The notes: generated from the letters alone by a model not told the origin. 64,000 nt of DNA from an uncultured Bacilli bacterium (GCA_934096015.1 CAKOLD010000003.1:2640-66639); one strand, 5' to 3'; positions 31,815 to 41,544 are shown, numbered from the stretch's first letter. Numbers and translations: made by a program.

Positions 31815-33113
31815 ATGCTATTCTTAATAACAATACTATTTTTTACATTACTATCAACAAATACATATGCCCAAACTTTTTATAGCGATTATGAACCAGT
31901 AACAAACTTTTTTACAAAAGAAGATGATTTACATAAAATAGAAATAGTCACTTTATATAATAGATTTTATGTTGAAAATAACAATATAGGATATTATCCA
32001 GAAACAAAGAAAATTAAAAACAGCAAAATTGATTATAATAATTTTATAACTAAAATCAACTACAGTTTAATGTACGATGAACTTACAACGAATTATGAAA
32101 CATTATGTGAAAACAATAATTATTTTTTAAATAAAATAGAATTTAAAAATTTAAGAAAAGATTTAAAACTAAATGAAATAATTTTAAAATACAACAAAGA
32201 AATTATTAATTATAATTTAACTATTTCCAATTATAATGGAAAAATAGATAATTTATTTAATAATGATTTAAATGATGATGAAGTCATAATCAAAAGTGGT
32301 AGTGCTTTAATTTTAATGCTAGAAGAACCAGTTATGTTAGAAGATTTAGAAATAGATTTTTTCTCTCAAGAAAGAGATTCTGAAAAATATTACTTTGAAT
32401 TAGTTTTGAATGAAGAAAAGGGAAATACTCTAGTTTTTGAAAAGAATTTAAATATAAAAATAAGTTTTAAAAATGATTATATAGATATATTAAATAACAA
32501 AAAAATATATACAATAAGAAAATGTTTAAGTTATTATACAAGAGAACAAAAACTATACATGTTTTATCAGCCACTAATAAAATATACAGATGAATATTTA
32601 GAAGTAAATAGTGACAATAATTTAGATTACCAAAAATCAAAAATAATTGAAAAAAAATATGAAAGAAATAAACTTGTTTTAAGCGATAATATAATTATAT
32701 ATGACTTAGAAGAACTTGCTTCTAAAGTTATTTTAAAAACTAATAATAATTTTACAATAAAATATAACATAAATACAAATTATTCTGGAATATATGATTT
32801 AAATATTTATTACAAAGATAAACTAATTGGTAATCAGAAAATAGAATACATAAAAAAAGAAATGAAGGAGCAAACTAAAAATGATTATAATATTCCTACA
32901 ACAAGAAAAATAGAAAAAGTTAAAACTACAGAAATACAAACTAAGATTAAAAAAATTACTACCTCCAGTAGAAATATTACAACTAAAATAAAATCGCAAG
33001 AAATAGATGATAAAGATTATATTACAAAAAGTATCATAATTATTTTAATAATAATTCTTTCTATTTTTGAATTTATTTTACTTTACGTAAAACGCAAATA
33101 CTATAATAAGTAA
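31815..33113 (+). CDS. hypothetical secreted protein, Asn/Lys-rich, with a C-terminal membrane anchor
   Basis: Signal peptide ending AYA-Q; C-terminal TM helix plus a KRKYYNK stop-transfer tail. No recognisable domain. Confidence 0.45.
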   Translation: MLFLITILFFTLLSTNTYAQTFYSDYEPVTNFFTKEDDLHKIEIVTLYNRFYVENNNIGYYPETKKIKNSKIDYNNFITKINYSLMYDELTTNYETLCENNNYFLNKIEFKNLRKDLKLNEIILKYNKEIINYNLTISNYNGKIDNLFNNDLNDDEVIIKSGSALILMLEEPVMLEDLEIDFFSQERDSEKYYFELVLNEEKGNTLVFEKNLNIKISFKNDYIDILNNKKIYTIRKCLSYYTREQKLYMFYQPLIKYTDEYLEVNSDNNLDYQKSKIIEKKYERNKLVLSDNIIIYDLEELASKVILKTNNNFTIKYNINTNYSGIYDLNIYYKDKLIGNQKIEYIKKEMKEQTKNDYNIPTTRKIEKVKTTEIQTKIKKITTSSRNITTKIKSQEIDDKDYITKSIIIILIIILSIFEFILLYVKRKYYNK

Positions 33114-33116
33114 TTT

Positions 33117-33123
33117 TGTCGAA
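33117..33123 (+). promoter_or_regulatory. Spo0A-box-like heptamer TGTCGAA upstream of the spoIIAA-like gene
   Basis: Exact 7/7 match to the 0A-box consensus, 53 nt upstream of the ATG at 33176. The overlapping CGAATAT also resembles a sigma-H -10. Confidence 0.3.
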
Positions 33124-33175
33124 TATATTTAAAAAACATTATTAAATAATTATATTAATGAGGAGGCAACAAAAG

Positions 33176-33445
33176 ATGCTCAAAATATTTATGCAATATA
33201 AAGAAGGGAGATTGATTGTAGAACTAAAAGGGATTTTGAATTATTTGACATCACGAAAGATTGAAAAATATTTAAAATTAGTGATAAAAAAACACAAAAT
33301 TAAATACTTGACTTTCAATACAGCAAACTTAATAGGAATAGATAAAATTGGAATTAATAGTTTAAAGAAAAGCATTAAAGAAGTTCAAAAAAATTCTGGA
33401 GAATTTAATTTTACACAAAATTCTCAAATAAAATTAATAGGATGA
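33176..33445 (+). CDS. STAS-domain anti-sigma-factor-antagonist-like protein (SpoIIAA-like) lacking the conserved phospho-serine
   Basis: By-eye alignment with SpoIIAA shows LIGIDKIGIN in place of LSFMDSSGLG. ATG at 33176 has GGAGG 9 nt upstream. The gene overlaps the sigma gene by ATGA. Confidence 0.6.
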   Translation: MLKIFMQYKEGRLIVELKGILNYLTSRKIEKYLKLVIKKHKIKYLTFNTANLIGIDKIGINSLKKSIKEVQKNSGEFNFTQNSQIKLIG

Positions 33446-34113
33446 GGAAAATGGACGAACAAAGTGCAATTGAAGAAACTAAATTATTAATATACAAAAG
33501 TGCTCATAAACTAAAAAGTAAACTTAATAATTTAGATATTAATGATTTATTTCAAGCAGGATGTATTGGAGTTTTAAAAGCATTAAAAAATTATCAACCA
33601 GATGGTTCTACTAAGTTTTCAACATATGCCTATAAATATATACTTGGAGAAATGTATGAACTTGCTAATATTTCTAGGGATATTAAGTTAAACAAAGTAT
33701 ATTTAAAATCAAAAAAATTAATTGAAAAAGCTCGGTCGGTATTAGCTCAAAAATTAAATAGATACCCAACAATTGAAGAAATTAGTACTTTTACTGAACT
33801 TGAACCTGAGTTTGTAGAAGAAATAATAAATATTAGTTATGATACTATTAGTTTAGATGAAGAACCTGAAACATTAACTGATGGGTACAATTTATATAAT
33901 TATATTGGAACGACAGAAGATGTAGATACACAAATTCTAATTAATGATTCCTTAGAAGAATTAGAAGAACCATTAAAGTCAATAATAAATTATAGATATT
34001 ACCAAGATTTGACTCAAGCAGAAATAGCTGAAATTATGGGATTAAGCCAAGTAAAAGTATCAAGATTAGAGAATAAAGGAAAACAAAAAATCAAAGAGTA
34101 TATCTCTGCATAA
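33442..34113 (+). CDS. sigF: sporulation sigma factor, sigma-F-like (divergent, 223 aa)
   Basis: DLFQAGCIGVLKAL...FSTYA (region 2) and YYQDLTQAEIAEIMGLSQVKVSRLE (region 4.2) resemble SigF. It sits in the spoIIA-to-spoVA position. Confidence 0.6.
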   Translation: MRKMDEQSAIEETKLLIYKSAHKLKSKLNNLDINDLFQAGCIGVLKALKNYQPDGSTKFSTYAYKYILGEMYELANISRDIKLNKVYLKSKKLIEKARSVLAQKLNRYPTIEEISTFTELEPEFVEEIINISYDTISLDEEPETLTDGYNLYNYIGTTEDVDTQILINDSLEELEEPLKSIINYRYYQDLTQAEIAEIMGLSQVKVSRLENKGKQKIKEYISA

Positions 34114-34139
34114 ATATTAAAAAATTCTTCATAATAAAA

Positions 34140-34592
34140 ATGGAGGATTTTTTAATGAAAAAAGAAGAATATTTAAAATTAGTAAATGAAATAACTCCAA
34201 AACCAGATAGAATAAAAAATTGTTTATATGCATTTCTAACTGGGGGAGTTCTTGGTACCTCATGTGAAATAATTAGATTAATTCTAATTAATGTATTCAA
34301 ATTATCTAAAAGTGAAGCATGTATGTGGATAGGTCTAATATTAATAACAGGCGCTTGTTTTTTAACTATAATTCATAAATTTGATCATTTAGTTGCTAAA
34401 TATCAGGCAGGATTAATAGTTCCAACAACTGGATTCGCTCACTCGGTTCAAAGCACTATGTTAGATTATAAAAAAGACGGCTTAATAACAGGCATAGGTT
34501 CAAACGCTTTTAAATTAGCAGGTAGTGTAATAGTTTATGGAGTTGTAAGTTCCTTTATTTTAGTGATTGTGAAGGTGATATTAGGTGGCTAG
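34140..34592 (+). CDS. spoVAC: stage V sporulation protein AC
   Basis: SpoVAC signature N-terminus and 4 TM helices; synteny with spoVAD and spoVAE. Confidence 0.8.
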   Translation: MEDFLMKKEEYLKLVNEITPKPDRIKNCLYAFLTGGVLGTSCEIIRLILINVFKLSKSEACMWIGLILITGACFLTIIHKFDHLVAKYQAGLIVPTTGFAHSVQSTMLDYKKDGLITGIGSNAFKLAGSVIVYGVVSSFILVIVKVILGG

Positions 34593-35547
34593 TTTTTCAT
34601 TTAAAAACGTTTTTATTAATAATTTCTATTCAATAGCAGGGATCAATGAAAACAATGGAAATTTAAAAAACGTTAATTTATATTTAAAAGATTATTTATT
34701 TGAAGAAAAAACATTTGAAAATGCTGAAATTAAAATGCAAAAAATAGTTATAAATAATTTAATTGCCAAAAATAATAAGCCTGAAATCGTTGTTGGCGGT
34801 GAGTTATCTAATCAATTATCAATTACTAGTTCAAGTTTAAAAAATAGCAATATTCCTTTTTTAGGACAGTACTCAGCATGTGCAACTTTTGTTGAGAATT
34901 TAATAACTTTAGCTTTATTAATAGATACAAAAAAAGTAAAAAATGGTTTATGTATAACTAGCAGTCATAATTTAACTAGTGAAAGGCAATTTAGATACCC
35001 TATAGAATACGGAGCACCAAAGCCACAATATTCAACATTTACAACTACGGGAGCTGTAGGTACTTTTTTATCAAAAACAATGACAGGTGTGAGAGTAACA
35101 AATGCAACAATTGGTAAAGTAATAGATTATGGCGTTAAAGATGCATACAATATGGGAGCAGTAATGGCTCCTGCTGCTGCAGATACGCTAGTAACTCATC
35201 TAACAGAAACTAAAACATCAATTAGTGATTACGATCTAATATTAACTGGTGATTTAGGAAAAATTGGAATGGATTTATTCCAGATAATTTTAAAAAAGGA
35301 TCATAATATTACATTAAAAAATTACATTGATGCTGGTGCAGTTATTTATAATAAAGAACAAGAAATATATTCTGGTGGAAGCGGACCAGTTTGTTTGCCA
35401 CTAGTATTATTTAACAAAATTCTACAAACTAAAAAATATAAAAAGATTCTAGTAATTGCAACAGGGTCATTACACAATCCTACACTAGTTAATCAAAAAA
35501 ATAGTATTCCAGCAATTGCTCACGGTATAACATTGGAGGTGCAATAA
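34585..35547 (+). CDS. spoVAD: stage V sporulation protein AD (thiolase-like fold)
   Basis: About 320 aa with GQYSACATF and other SpoVAD motifs; synteny. Confidence 0.8.
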   Translation: MASFSFKNVFINNFYSIAGINENNGNLKNVNLYLKDYLFEEKTFENAEIKMQKIVINNLIAKNNKPEIVVGGELSNQLSITSSSLKNSNIPFLGQYSACATFVENLITLALLIDTKKVKNGLCITSSHNLTSERQFRYPIEYGAPKPQYSTFTTTGAVGTFLSKTMTGVRVTNATIGKVIDYGVKDAYNMGAVMAPAAADTLVTHLTETKTSISDYDLILTGDLGKIGMDLFQIILKKDHNITLKNYIDAGAVIYNKEQEIYSGGSGPVCLPLVLFNKILQTKKYKKILVIATGSLHNPTLVNQKNSIPAIAHGITLEVQ

Positions 35548-35897
35548 TGACAATCATTTATTCTTTTCTATTTTGTGGAATAGTGTGTTTAATTGGTCAA
35601 ACTATTTTAGATAACACAAAACTGACTCCAGGACATTTAACAAGTATATATGTTGTTATTGGTGCTTTATTAGGATTCTTAAACATATATGACAAAATAA
35701 TAGAAGTAGTAGGAGCAGGAGCAACAATACCAATAATTAATTTTGGGAATAGTCTATTTACTGCAAGTCTTATGGGATTTAAAACAAATGGATTTTTAGG
35801 AATATTTTCAAATATGTTTGATACTTCCTGTTTATCTCTTAGTGCAACTATAATTTTCTCATTTATATTCACTCTTTTTAGCTATCCAAAAGACTAA
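35547..35897 (+). CDS. spoVAE: stage V sporulation protein AE (SpoVAEb-type membrane protein)
   Basis: 116-aa membrane protein, homologous in arrangement to SpoVAC; synteny. Confidence 0.75.
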   Translation: MTIIYSFLFCGIVCLIGQTILDNTKLTPGHLTSIYVVIGALLGFLNIYDKIIEVVGAGATIPIINFGNSLFTASLMGFKTNGFLGIFSNMFDTSCLSLSATIIFSFIFTLFSYPKD

Positions 35898-35911
35898 TCA
35901 GAAATCATCAA

Positions 35912-35936
35912 AAATTGCTTAAACAGCAATTTTTTA
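35912..35936 (+). terminator. rho-independent terminator after the spoVA genes
   Basis: AATTGCT-taaac-AGCAATT hairpin followed by TTTTT. Confidence 0.6.
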
Positions 35937-36054
35937 AACGTTTGACAGGGGGGCTAAATGTATAATGGTAAGTGGTATAGGGTTCTTGGTCTACTTATAA
36001 AGTTAGACAAAATATTCTATATTGATGTAGTAGTATAACATTAGGATGTGAAGT

Positions 36055-36570
36055 ATGAAAAATAAACATATAATAATATCAGGAATAGCTTTATTTTTAA
36101 TAACAATATTATTATTAGGATTAACATATGCTTAGTACAAAACTAATATAGTTGAGAATAGTAAAGAAAAAAGCGTAAGTGTTGTAAGTAAAAATCTAGA
36201 AATTACTTATAGTGACGGAAATGGAAAAATAGAAGGCACGGAAATAGAACCAGGATATGCAGTAACTAAAACCTTTATAGTAGAGAATACAGGAGATGAG
36301 ATATTAAAATATAGTATTAAGTTAGATAACATTACTAACACATTTACCAGAACAGAAGATTGGACATATGTTTTAAAAAAGGGAGATACAAAGATTAGTA
36401 GTGGAGTCTTACCAAAAAGCGAAACTTATGAAACTTATATAGTAAATACAGCTAGTATAGATTCTAAAACAACAGATTCTTATAGTATAACGGTAACTTA
36501 TGTTAACTTAACAGATGTAGATCAAAGTATAGATATGGGTAAATCTTTAAGTTTTTGCGATCTGATGTAA
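36055..36570 (+). pseudogene. TasA/camelysin (SipW-cognate signal peptide) family gene interrupted by an in-frame TAG at codon 27
   Basis: MKNKHIIISGIALFLITILLLGLTYA-[TAG]-YKTNIVENSKEKSVSVVSKNLEITYSDGNGKIEGTEIEPGYAVTKTFIVENTGDE... is one continuous frame of 171 codons. The mature part resembles the TasA/CalY N-region. No alternative start lies downstream of the TAG. Confidence 0.5.
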
Positions 36571-36637
36571 AAATAACAAGTGGAAATGGAACTCAAAAAA
36601 ATCCATACGTAGTAAATTAACAAAAGTTGAAATGATT

Positions 36638-37666
36638 TCATTTCAACTTTTTAATATTTATTATAAAAAATATAATTAAACACCCCAGTAATAAATAAGC
36701 TTCATATTTGTATAAAAACAGTAACCAAGTTATTCTTTTAAACGTTGTAAAATGTAAAAGTATTAAAATTAGAAAAAGATATATTGGAAACAAATACTTT
36801 TTATTACATAGATTTTGTATAGTAACTTTTAATGATAAGGCCGTAGTTAATGAAAAAACGATGTAGATCATTATCCAAAAAAATGCTGTAATATTTTCTA
36901 TATTATTTATAAAGTTAAAAACACTAACTCTTTTTAAAACAATATATTCAGGATATCTATATAAATTAACTAAATCTGTACCCATTACGCCAACAGTTAA
37001 TAAGAATGCAACAAGAATAAGTATACTGGCGACAAAATAAGTTTTTACAATACTATATTTTTTTATCCCATTAACTTCGGTAGGAGAATATAAACTTAAA
37101 AGTAAAAGTGGAGAAGTACTATAAAAAGCATAATTGCACGCTTCTTTTAAAATTATTTGCCATTTTGTATTAAATAATGGTAAAAAATTATCAATTTTAA
37201 TTTGAAAGCTAACTGTTGCAATTATAATACTTACTAAAATTAAGCAAAGTATTAATAGTAGAATAGAAATTCTTCCTAAAACTTCTTTATCTTTACTTCC
37301 ATAAATCATTAGAAAAATAAGTGGAAGACAAATAATAAAAGGACTTAATTTTGTTAAATATATTGAAACAATTAAATTAGTTAACGTGCTTAAACAGACT
37401 ATTGTATAGAAGGTAATAATAATTATATAGCATATATTTCTAAATTTATTATCATCAACAAACAAAGCAGTAGAAGAACTAATCCATATTTTTGAAAACA
37501 TTAAAACTATTATTGATCCCATCAAAATACCTAAAATTACACTTATCCAAAATGATTCTTTACAAGTACGTACTATATTTGATAAACCAATACCAAAAAA
37601 CATAGTTATTGTAAGTAAAAATATAATGGATTGAAATTGTTTTAAACTAATCTTTTTCATTGTCAC
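36638..37666 (-). CDS. spore germination protein, GerAB/amino-acid-permease-like subunit
   Basis: Ten TM helices and a Spore_permease-like N-terminus. Last gene of an A-C-B germinant receptor operon. Confidence 0.75.
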   Translation of the reverse strand: MTMKKISLKQFQSIIFLLTITMFFGIGLSNIVRTCKESFWISVILGILMGSIIVLMFSKIWISSSTALFVDDNKFRNICYIIIITFYTIVCLSTLTNLIVSIYLTKLSPFIICLPLIFLMIYGSKDKEVLGRISILLLILCLILVSIIIATVSFQIKIDNFLPLFNTKWQIILKEACNYAFYSTSPLLLLSLYSPTEVNGIKKYSIVKTYFVASILILVAFLLTVGVMGTDLVNLYRYPEYIVLKRVSVFNFINNIENITAFFWIMIYIVFSLTTALSLKVTIQNLCNKKYLFPIYLFLILILLHFTTFKRITWLLFLYKYEAYLLLGCLIIFFIINIKKLK

Positions 37667-38747
37667 CTCTAACAGGATCCATTAATAATCCTTTTTTTGT
37701 AATTGTATTTTTTACCTCAACAACATAATTGTATTCTTTCCAATCTTTTTCTATTTTCCCGTATTTTTTATAAATTTTATTATTGATTCCTAAAACATCA
37801 GAATTATTTTCTTTTAAAAAATTAATTAAATTAATTACATCTTTTTTGATATTATCTTCTATTTTTTTATCTAATTTAAAAATATTTTTTGTACTAATAG
37901 TGTCATATTCTGAATTAACTTCATCAAGTCTACTAGTCGTAGCTATATTTATAGTTATATTATTTTTATCAACTTTAATTTTAGTTTTAGAATCAAATAT
38001 TTTAGCAACTAAGTAACCAGAGTTTTCATTTATTCTATAATATAATGCATTATTATTACCATTTAATAAGCTGATACTCCTAGTTTGAATATTATCAAGT
38101 TTATTTACCATTTTTGATCCTTTAAAAATTCCAACCTTGTATATTTCTATATAGCCTTCAGTAATTTTGATAAAAGGTAAAAATATATCTTTGTTAGGAT
38201 TAACATACTGTTCTAATAATTCAAAAAAACGATTATATATAAAAGCACTATTGTTTAATTGAGTGTTATTGAATAAGGATACTATTGCATCACCAACAAT
38301 TTCATTTTTAATTTCTTTAGATTTTAATAACTCACTCGGTTTTTCTTTTTCAGAAATTGTTATATAGGAAACAAAAGAGTAATCAGTGCTTCTACTTAAA
38401 TAATCCATAATTCCACTTATACCTTCACTTGCTAACTCAGCATCAATAATTATTCCTTCAATATGAGTGAAGAACAATAACTTTTCACTAACAAAAGAAG
38501 CATTATTAACAGCTTCATCTAAACTTTTCCCTTCACCAGCAATTACAATTCTTTTCTTTCTTGATGCTCCACTTCCAGGTTCTTTTTCCTCTTTAAATAT
38601 TTCCAAAGATACTAAATAATTTTCTTTTTCTTTTTCAATTCCCATAACTGAAACGATTGCTAAATCATTAAGTTCATTGTAATTGCTACAACCAGTACAA
38701 AGTAACAAAGAAAAACAAATTAATATAATTAAAATTATCCTTTTCAT
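37647..38747 (-). CDS. germinant receptor C subunit lipoprotein (Ger(x)C)
   Basis: Lipobox LLLCTGC; about 360 aa; position between the A and B subunits. Confidence 0.8.
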   Translation of the reverse strand: MKRIILIILICFSLLLCTGCSNYNELNDLAIVSVMGIEKEKENYLVSLEIFKEEKEPGSGASRKKRIVIAGEGKSLDEAVNNASFVSEKLLFFTHIEGIIIDAELASEGISGIMDYLSRSTDYSFVSYITISEKEKPSELLKSKEIKNEIVGDAIVSLFNNTQLNNSAFIYNRFFELLEQYVNPNKDIFLPFIKITEGYIEIYKVGIFKGSKMVNKLDNIQTRSISLLNGNNNALYYRINENSGYLVAKIFDSKTKIKVDKNNITINIATTSRLDEVNSEYDTISTKNIFKLDKKIEDNIKKDVINLINFLKENNSDVLGINNKIYKKYGKIEKDWKEYNYVVEVKNTITKKGLLMDPVRGDNEKD

Positions 38748-40177
38748 GAGTCCCTCTTTTTAACAATATTATTTGATAACATCTTACTTCTTTTATTATC
38801 ATTTTCACTTTTTGCTTCAAATAGTGTGCTTTTTATATAACTAAGATCAAATGGTTGAATAGGAAAAAAGTATGGATATCCAAAAGAATTATTAGAACAT
38901 AAAGATATTAAAAGAAATACAATAGATAAACTTATTCCATACAGTCCCCAAAATGCTGCAAAAAGCAAAAAAATAAATCTCCATGTTCTAATGCTGGCAA
39001 TTGTTTCAAGATCAGAAAACATTAAACTTGCTATAAAAGTAATTGCAATAACTATTATCATAATAGGACTAACTATACCAGCAGAAACTGCTGCTTCTCC
39101 TAAAACTAAAGCTCCCAATATTGAAATAGCTGATCCATAGCTACTAGGAAATCTTATATCACTTTCTCTTAATATTTCACACGTAATAAGCATTATTAAA
39201 CATTCTACAATAGCAGGGAAGGGAACACCTTCTCTTTGTGTTGAAAAACTTATTAAAAGTTCAAGAGGTATTGCTTCTTGATTAAAATTAGTTAAAGCAA
39301 CATATATTCCAGGAGTAACAATACCTAAAATAAAACACAGTAATCTCAAAAACTTAAGAAAATTAGTATTAATACTTTTAGAATAATTATCAACAATAGG
39401 ATTAATAAAATCAGCAAAAAAAGCTGGAACTATTATTGCAAATGGAGAATTATCAACGAGTATAACTACCTTTCCTAAAAGTAAATTTTTACAAACTACA
39501 TCAGGTCTTTCAGTAATCTGGGTACTAGGAAAAACATTTTTATTCTCATTTTCAATCAATTTTTTTAAATTACCAGCATCCAATATTCCATCAATATCAA
39601 TTCCATTTAAAGACTTACAAATTTTATTAACTAAACTTTTTTTAACCACATTATCTACATATATTACAGAGCATGTAGTTTTTGTTAATCTTCCAATATT
39701 ATAATTTTTATTTTTTAAATGACTATCAGAAATTCTTCTCTTTATAAGCCCCATATTTTGTTGAATATTTTCTACAAAAGCATCTTTTGGACCATACAAA
39801 CTAGGTTCAGTACTAGGACTACTTATACTTCTTGTTAACTCAGCTTTAGTTTCACATGCATAAATACATTCATCTGAAATAACAATACTAAATCCATGAT
39901 TTAAATAAAACTCAATTAAATTACTATTTTCTAATTTTATAGTATGAGGAGTAGGAATAAAATCCAAAATATTTTTTGCTTTTGAATTCTCAGTTAATTT
40001 TTTTAATATAAAATCATTTATTTGAGTAGAACTACATAACGTTTCCAAATAAACTAAATAAACATATTTATTTCTATTTTTAATTTTGTGAATTATTAAA
40101 TCAGAACAATTATTAAATTCTTCTTTAATATTAGAAATTAATTCTTCCATAGTCCTCACCATTATTATTTTGACCAA
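38744..40177 (-). CDS. germinant receptor A subunit (GerAA family)
   Basis: About 480 aa; soluble N-domain plus a C-terminal 5-TM region with GerA motifs (PSTQITERPD, FLRLLC). Confidence 0.8.
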   Translation of the reverse strand: MVKIIMVRTMEELISNIKEEFNNCSDLIIHKIKNRNKYVYLVYLETLCSSTQINDFILKKLTENSKAKNILDFIPTPHTIKLENSNLIEFYLNHGFSIVISDECIYACETKAELTRSISSPSTEPSLYGPKDAFVENIQQNMGLIKRRISDSHLKNKNYNIGRLTKTTCSVIYVDNVVKKSLVNKICKSLNGIDIDGILDAGNLKKLIENENKNVFPSTQITERPDVVCKNLLLGKVVILVDNSPFAIIVPAFFADFINPIVDNYSKSINTNFLKFLRLLCFILGIVTPGIYVALTNFNQEAIPLELLISFSTQREGVPFPAIVECLIMLITCEILRESDIRFPSSYGSAISILGALVLGEAAVSAGIVSPIMIIVIAITFIASLMFSDLETIASIRTWRFIFLLFAAFWGLYGISLSIVFLLISLCSNNSFGYPYFFPIQPFDLSYIKSTLFEAKSENDNKRSKMLSNNIVKKRDS

Positions 40178-40258
40178 TATATCAATAAATATGTACTAAT
40201 TTATCTATTATTATTGTTAAAAACAACTAACTAATATATAATGTAACTAGGTGGTTAA

Positions 40259-41506
40259 ATGAAAAATTTATTAAAAAATAAATATGTACAATTAGGACTT
40301 AGTATTTTTGGAGTAGTTGGATTAAGCATTATTTTTTTCTTTTTAATATATAGATGGAATGCTTTTTTAAGCGTAATAAAAAATATTTTTACAATACTTA
40401 TGCCAATAATTTATGGTTTAGTAATAGCTTATATTTTAAATCCTGGAATTAAAGCTTTAGAATCCAAAGTATTTAATAAAGCTCTTAAAAAGAGTAATCT
40501 ACCACAAGAAAAAATAAAAGAACGAAGTAGAATTTTTAGTATAATTACATCTTCTATAATATTTCTTATTGTTTTATATTTAATAGTTACTTACATAATT
40601 CCAGAAATATTAACAAGTATCCAAGTTTTAATAGGGAATGTACCTAATTATATTAAGAGTATTCAAGATTGGTTAAGCAGTACCTTAAAAAATAATCCTG
40701 ATGTTTCTAATCAAATACTAGAAAATTATGAACAAATGAGTACTTACTTAATGAAAGTTATTAATGAATCGGTTAAACCTAACATAAATGATATGATAGT
40801 AAATCTTTCAACAGGTGTAGTAGGAGTATTTAAATTCTTATATAACTTTATAATTGGTTTTATAATTTCTATTTATTTATTAGCCGGAAAAGAAAATTAT
40901 ATTGCGCTTACCAAAAAAGTTACCTATAGTGTCTTCAGTAAAAAAATTGCTAATGATATTTTAGAAAAATGTAGATTTATTAATCAAATATTTGGAAAAT
41001 ATATGATGGGGGTGTTAATAGACAGCTGTGCCGTAGGTATTATTATATTCATTTTTTCAATAATTTTCCAAATGCCATATGCGATGCTTATATCTGTAAT
41101 ATGTGCAGTAACAAACGCAATTCCTTATTTTGGACCTTTTATTGGAGCCATACCAAGTGGTTTACTAATTCTTTTAGTAAGTCCACCAAAAGCTATTATC
41201 TTTGCAATTTTCATAGTAATTCTTCAACAATTTGATGGAATGTATTTAGCTCCTAAAATAATTGGTAACCAAACTGGATTAAAACGTTTTTGGGTATTAT
41301 GTGCCATTTTAATATTTGGAGGATTATTTGGTTTTATTGGACTTTTAATAGGAGTTCCATTATTCGCAATTATTTACACTTTTGTAAAAGATTATATAAA
41401 TGATAATCTAAAATCTAAAAAATTGAGTAGTAGCACAAAAAAATATAATAATCTTTCTTATATAAATAATGAAAACGAATACGTTTATTTAGAAGATCAT
41501 AAGTAA
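40259..41506 (+). CDS. AI-2E family transporter (UPF0118; YtvI/PerM-like)
   Basis: Eight TM helices with the AI-2E topology; conserved P..IG region near the C-terminus. Confidence 0.7.
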   Translation: MKNLLKNKYVQLGLSIFGVVGLSIIFFFLIYRWNAFLSVIKNIFTILMPIIYGLVIAYILNPGIKALESKVFNKALKKSNLPQEKIKERSRIFSIITSSIIFLIVLYLIVTYIIPEILTSIQVLIGNVPNYIKSIQDWLSSTLKNNPDVSNQILENYEQMSTYLMKVINESVKPNINDMIVNLSTGVVGVFKFLYNFIIGFIISIYLLAGKENYIALTKKVTYSVFSKKIANDILEKCRFINQIFGKYMMGVLIDSCAVGIIIFIFSIIFQMPYAMLISVICAVTNAIPYFGPFIGAIPSGLLILLVSPPKAIIFAIFIVILQQFDGMYLAPKIIGNQTGLKRFWVLCAILIFGGLFGFIGLLIGVPLFAIIYTFVKDYINDNLKSKKLSSSTKKYNNLSYINNENEYVYLEDHK

Positions 41507-41544
41507 AACTTATGATTTTAAAATAGTAAAATATAGAGTATAAG

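Noticed and set aside
35942-35966. TTGACA ... TGTATAAT motif upstream of the TasA-like pseudogene as a sigma-A promoter
   Set aside because: The spacer between -35 and -10 is only 13 nt, too short for a functional sigma-A promoter. This is probably chance in AT-rich DNA.
36133-36135. Possibility that TAG is a sense or recoded codon (alternative genetic code or programmed read-through) in the TasA-like gene
   Set aside because: TAG terminates several conserved genes in this window at the expected protein ends (the first M16 gene, the PilC-like gene, the prepilin peptidase, spmB, the C39 ABC gene). A nonsense mutation or sequencing error is the simpler explanation.
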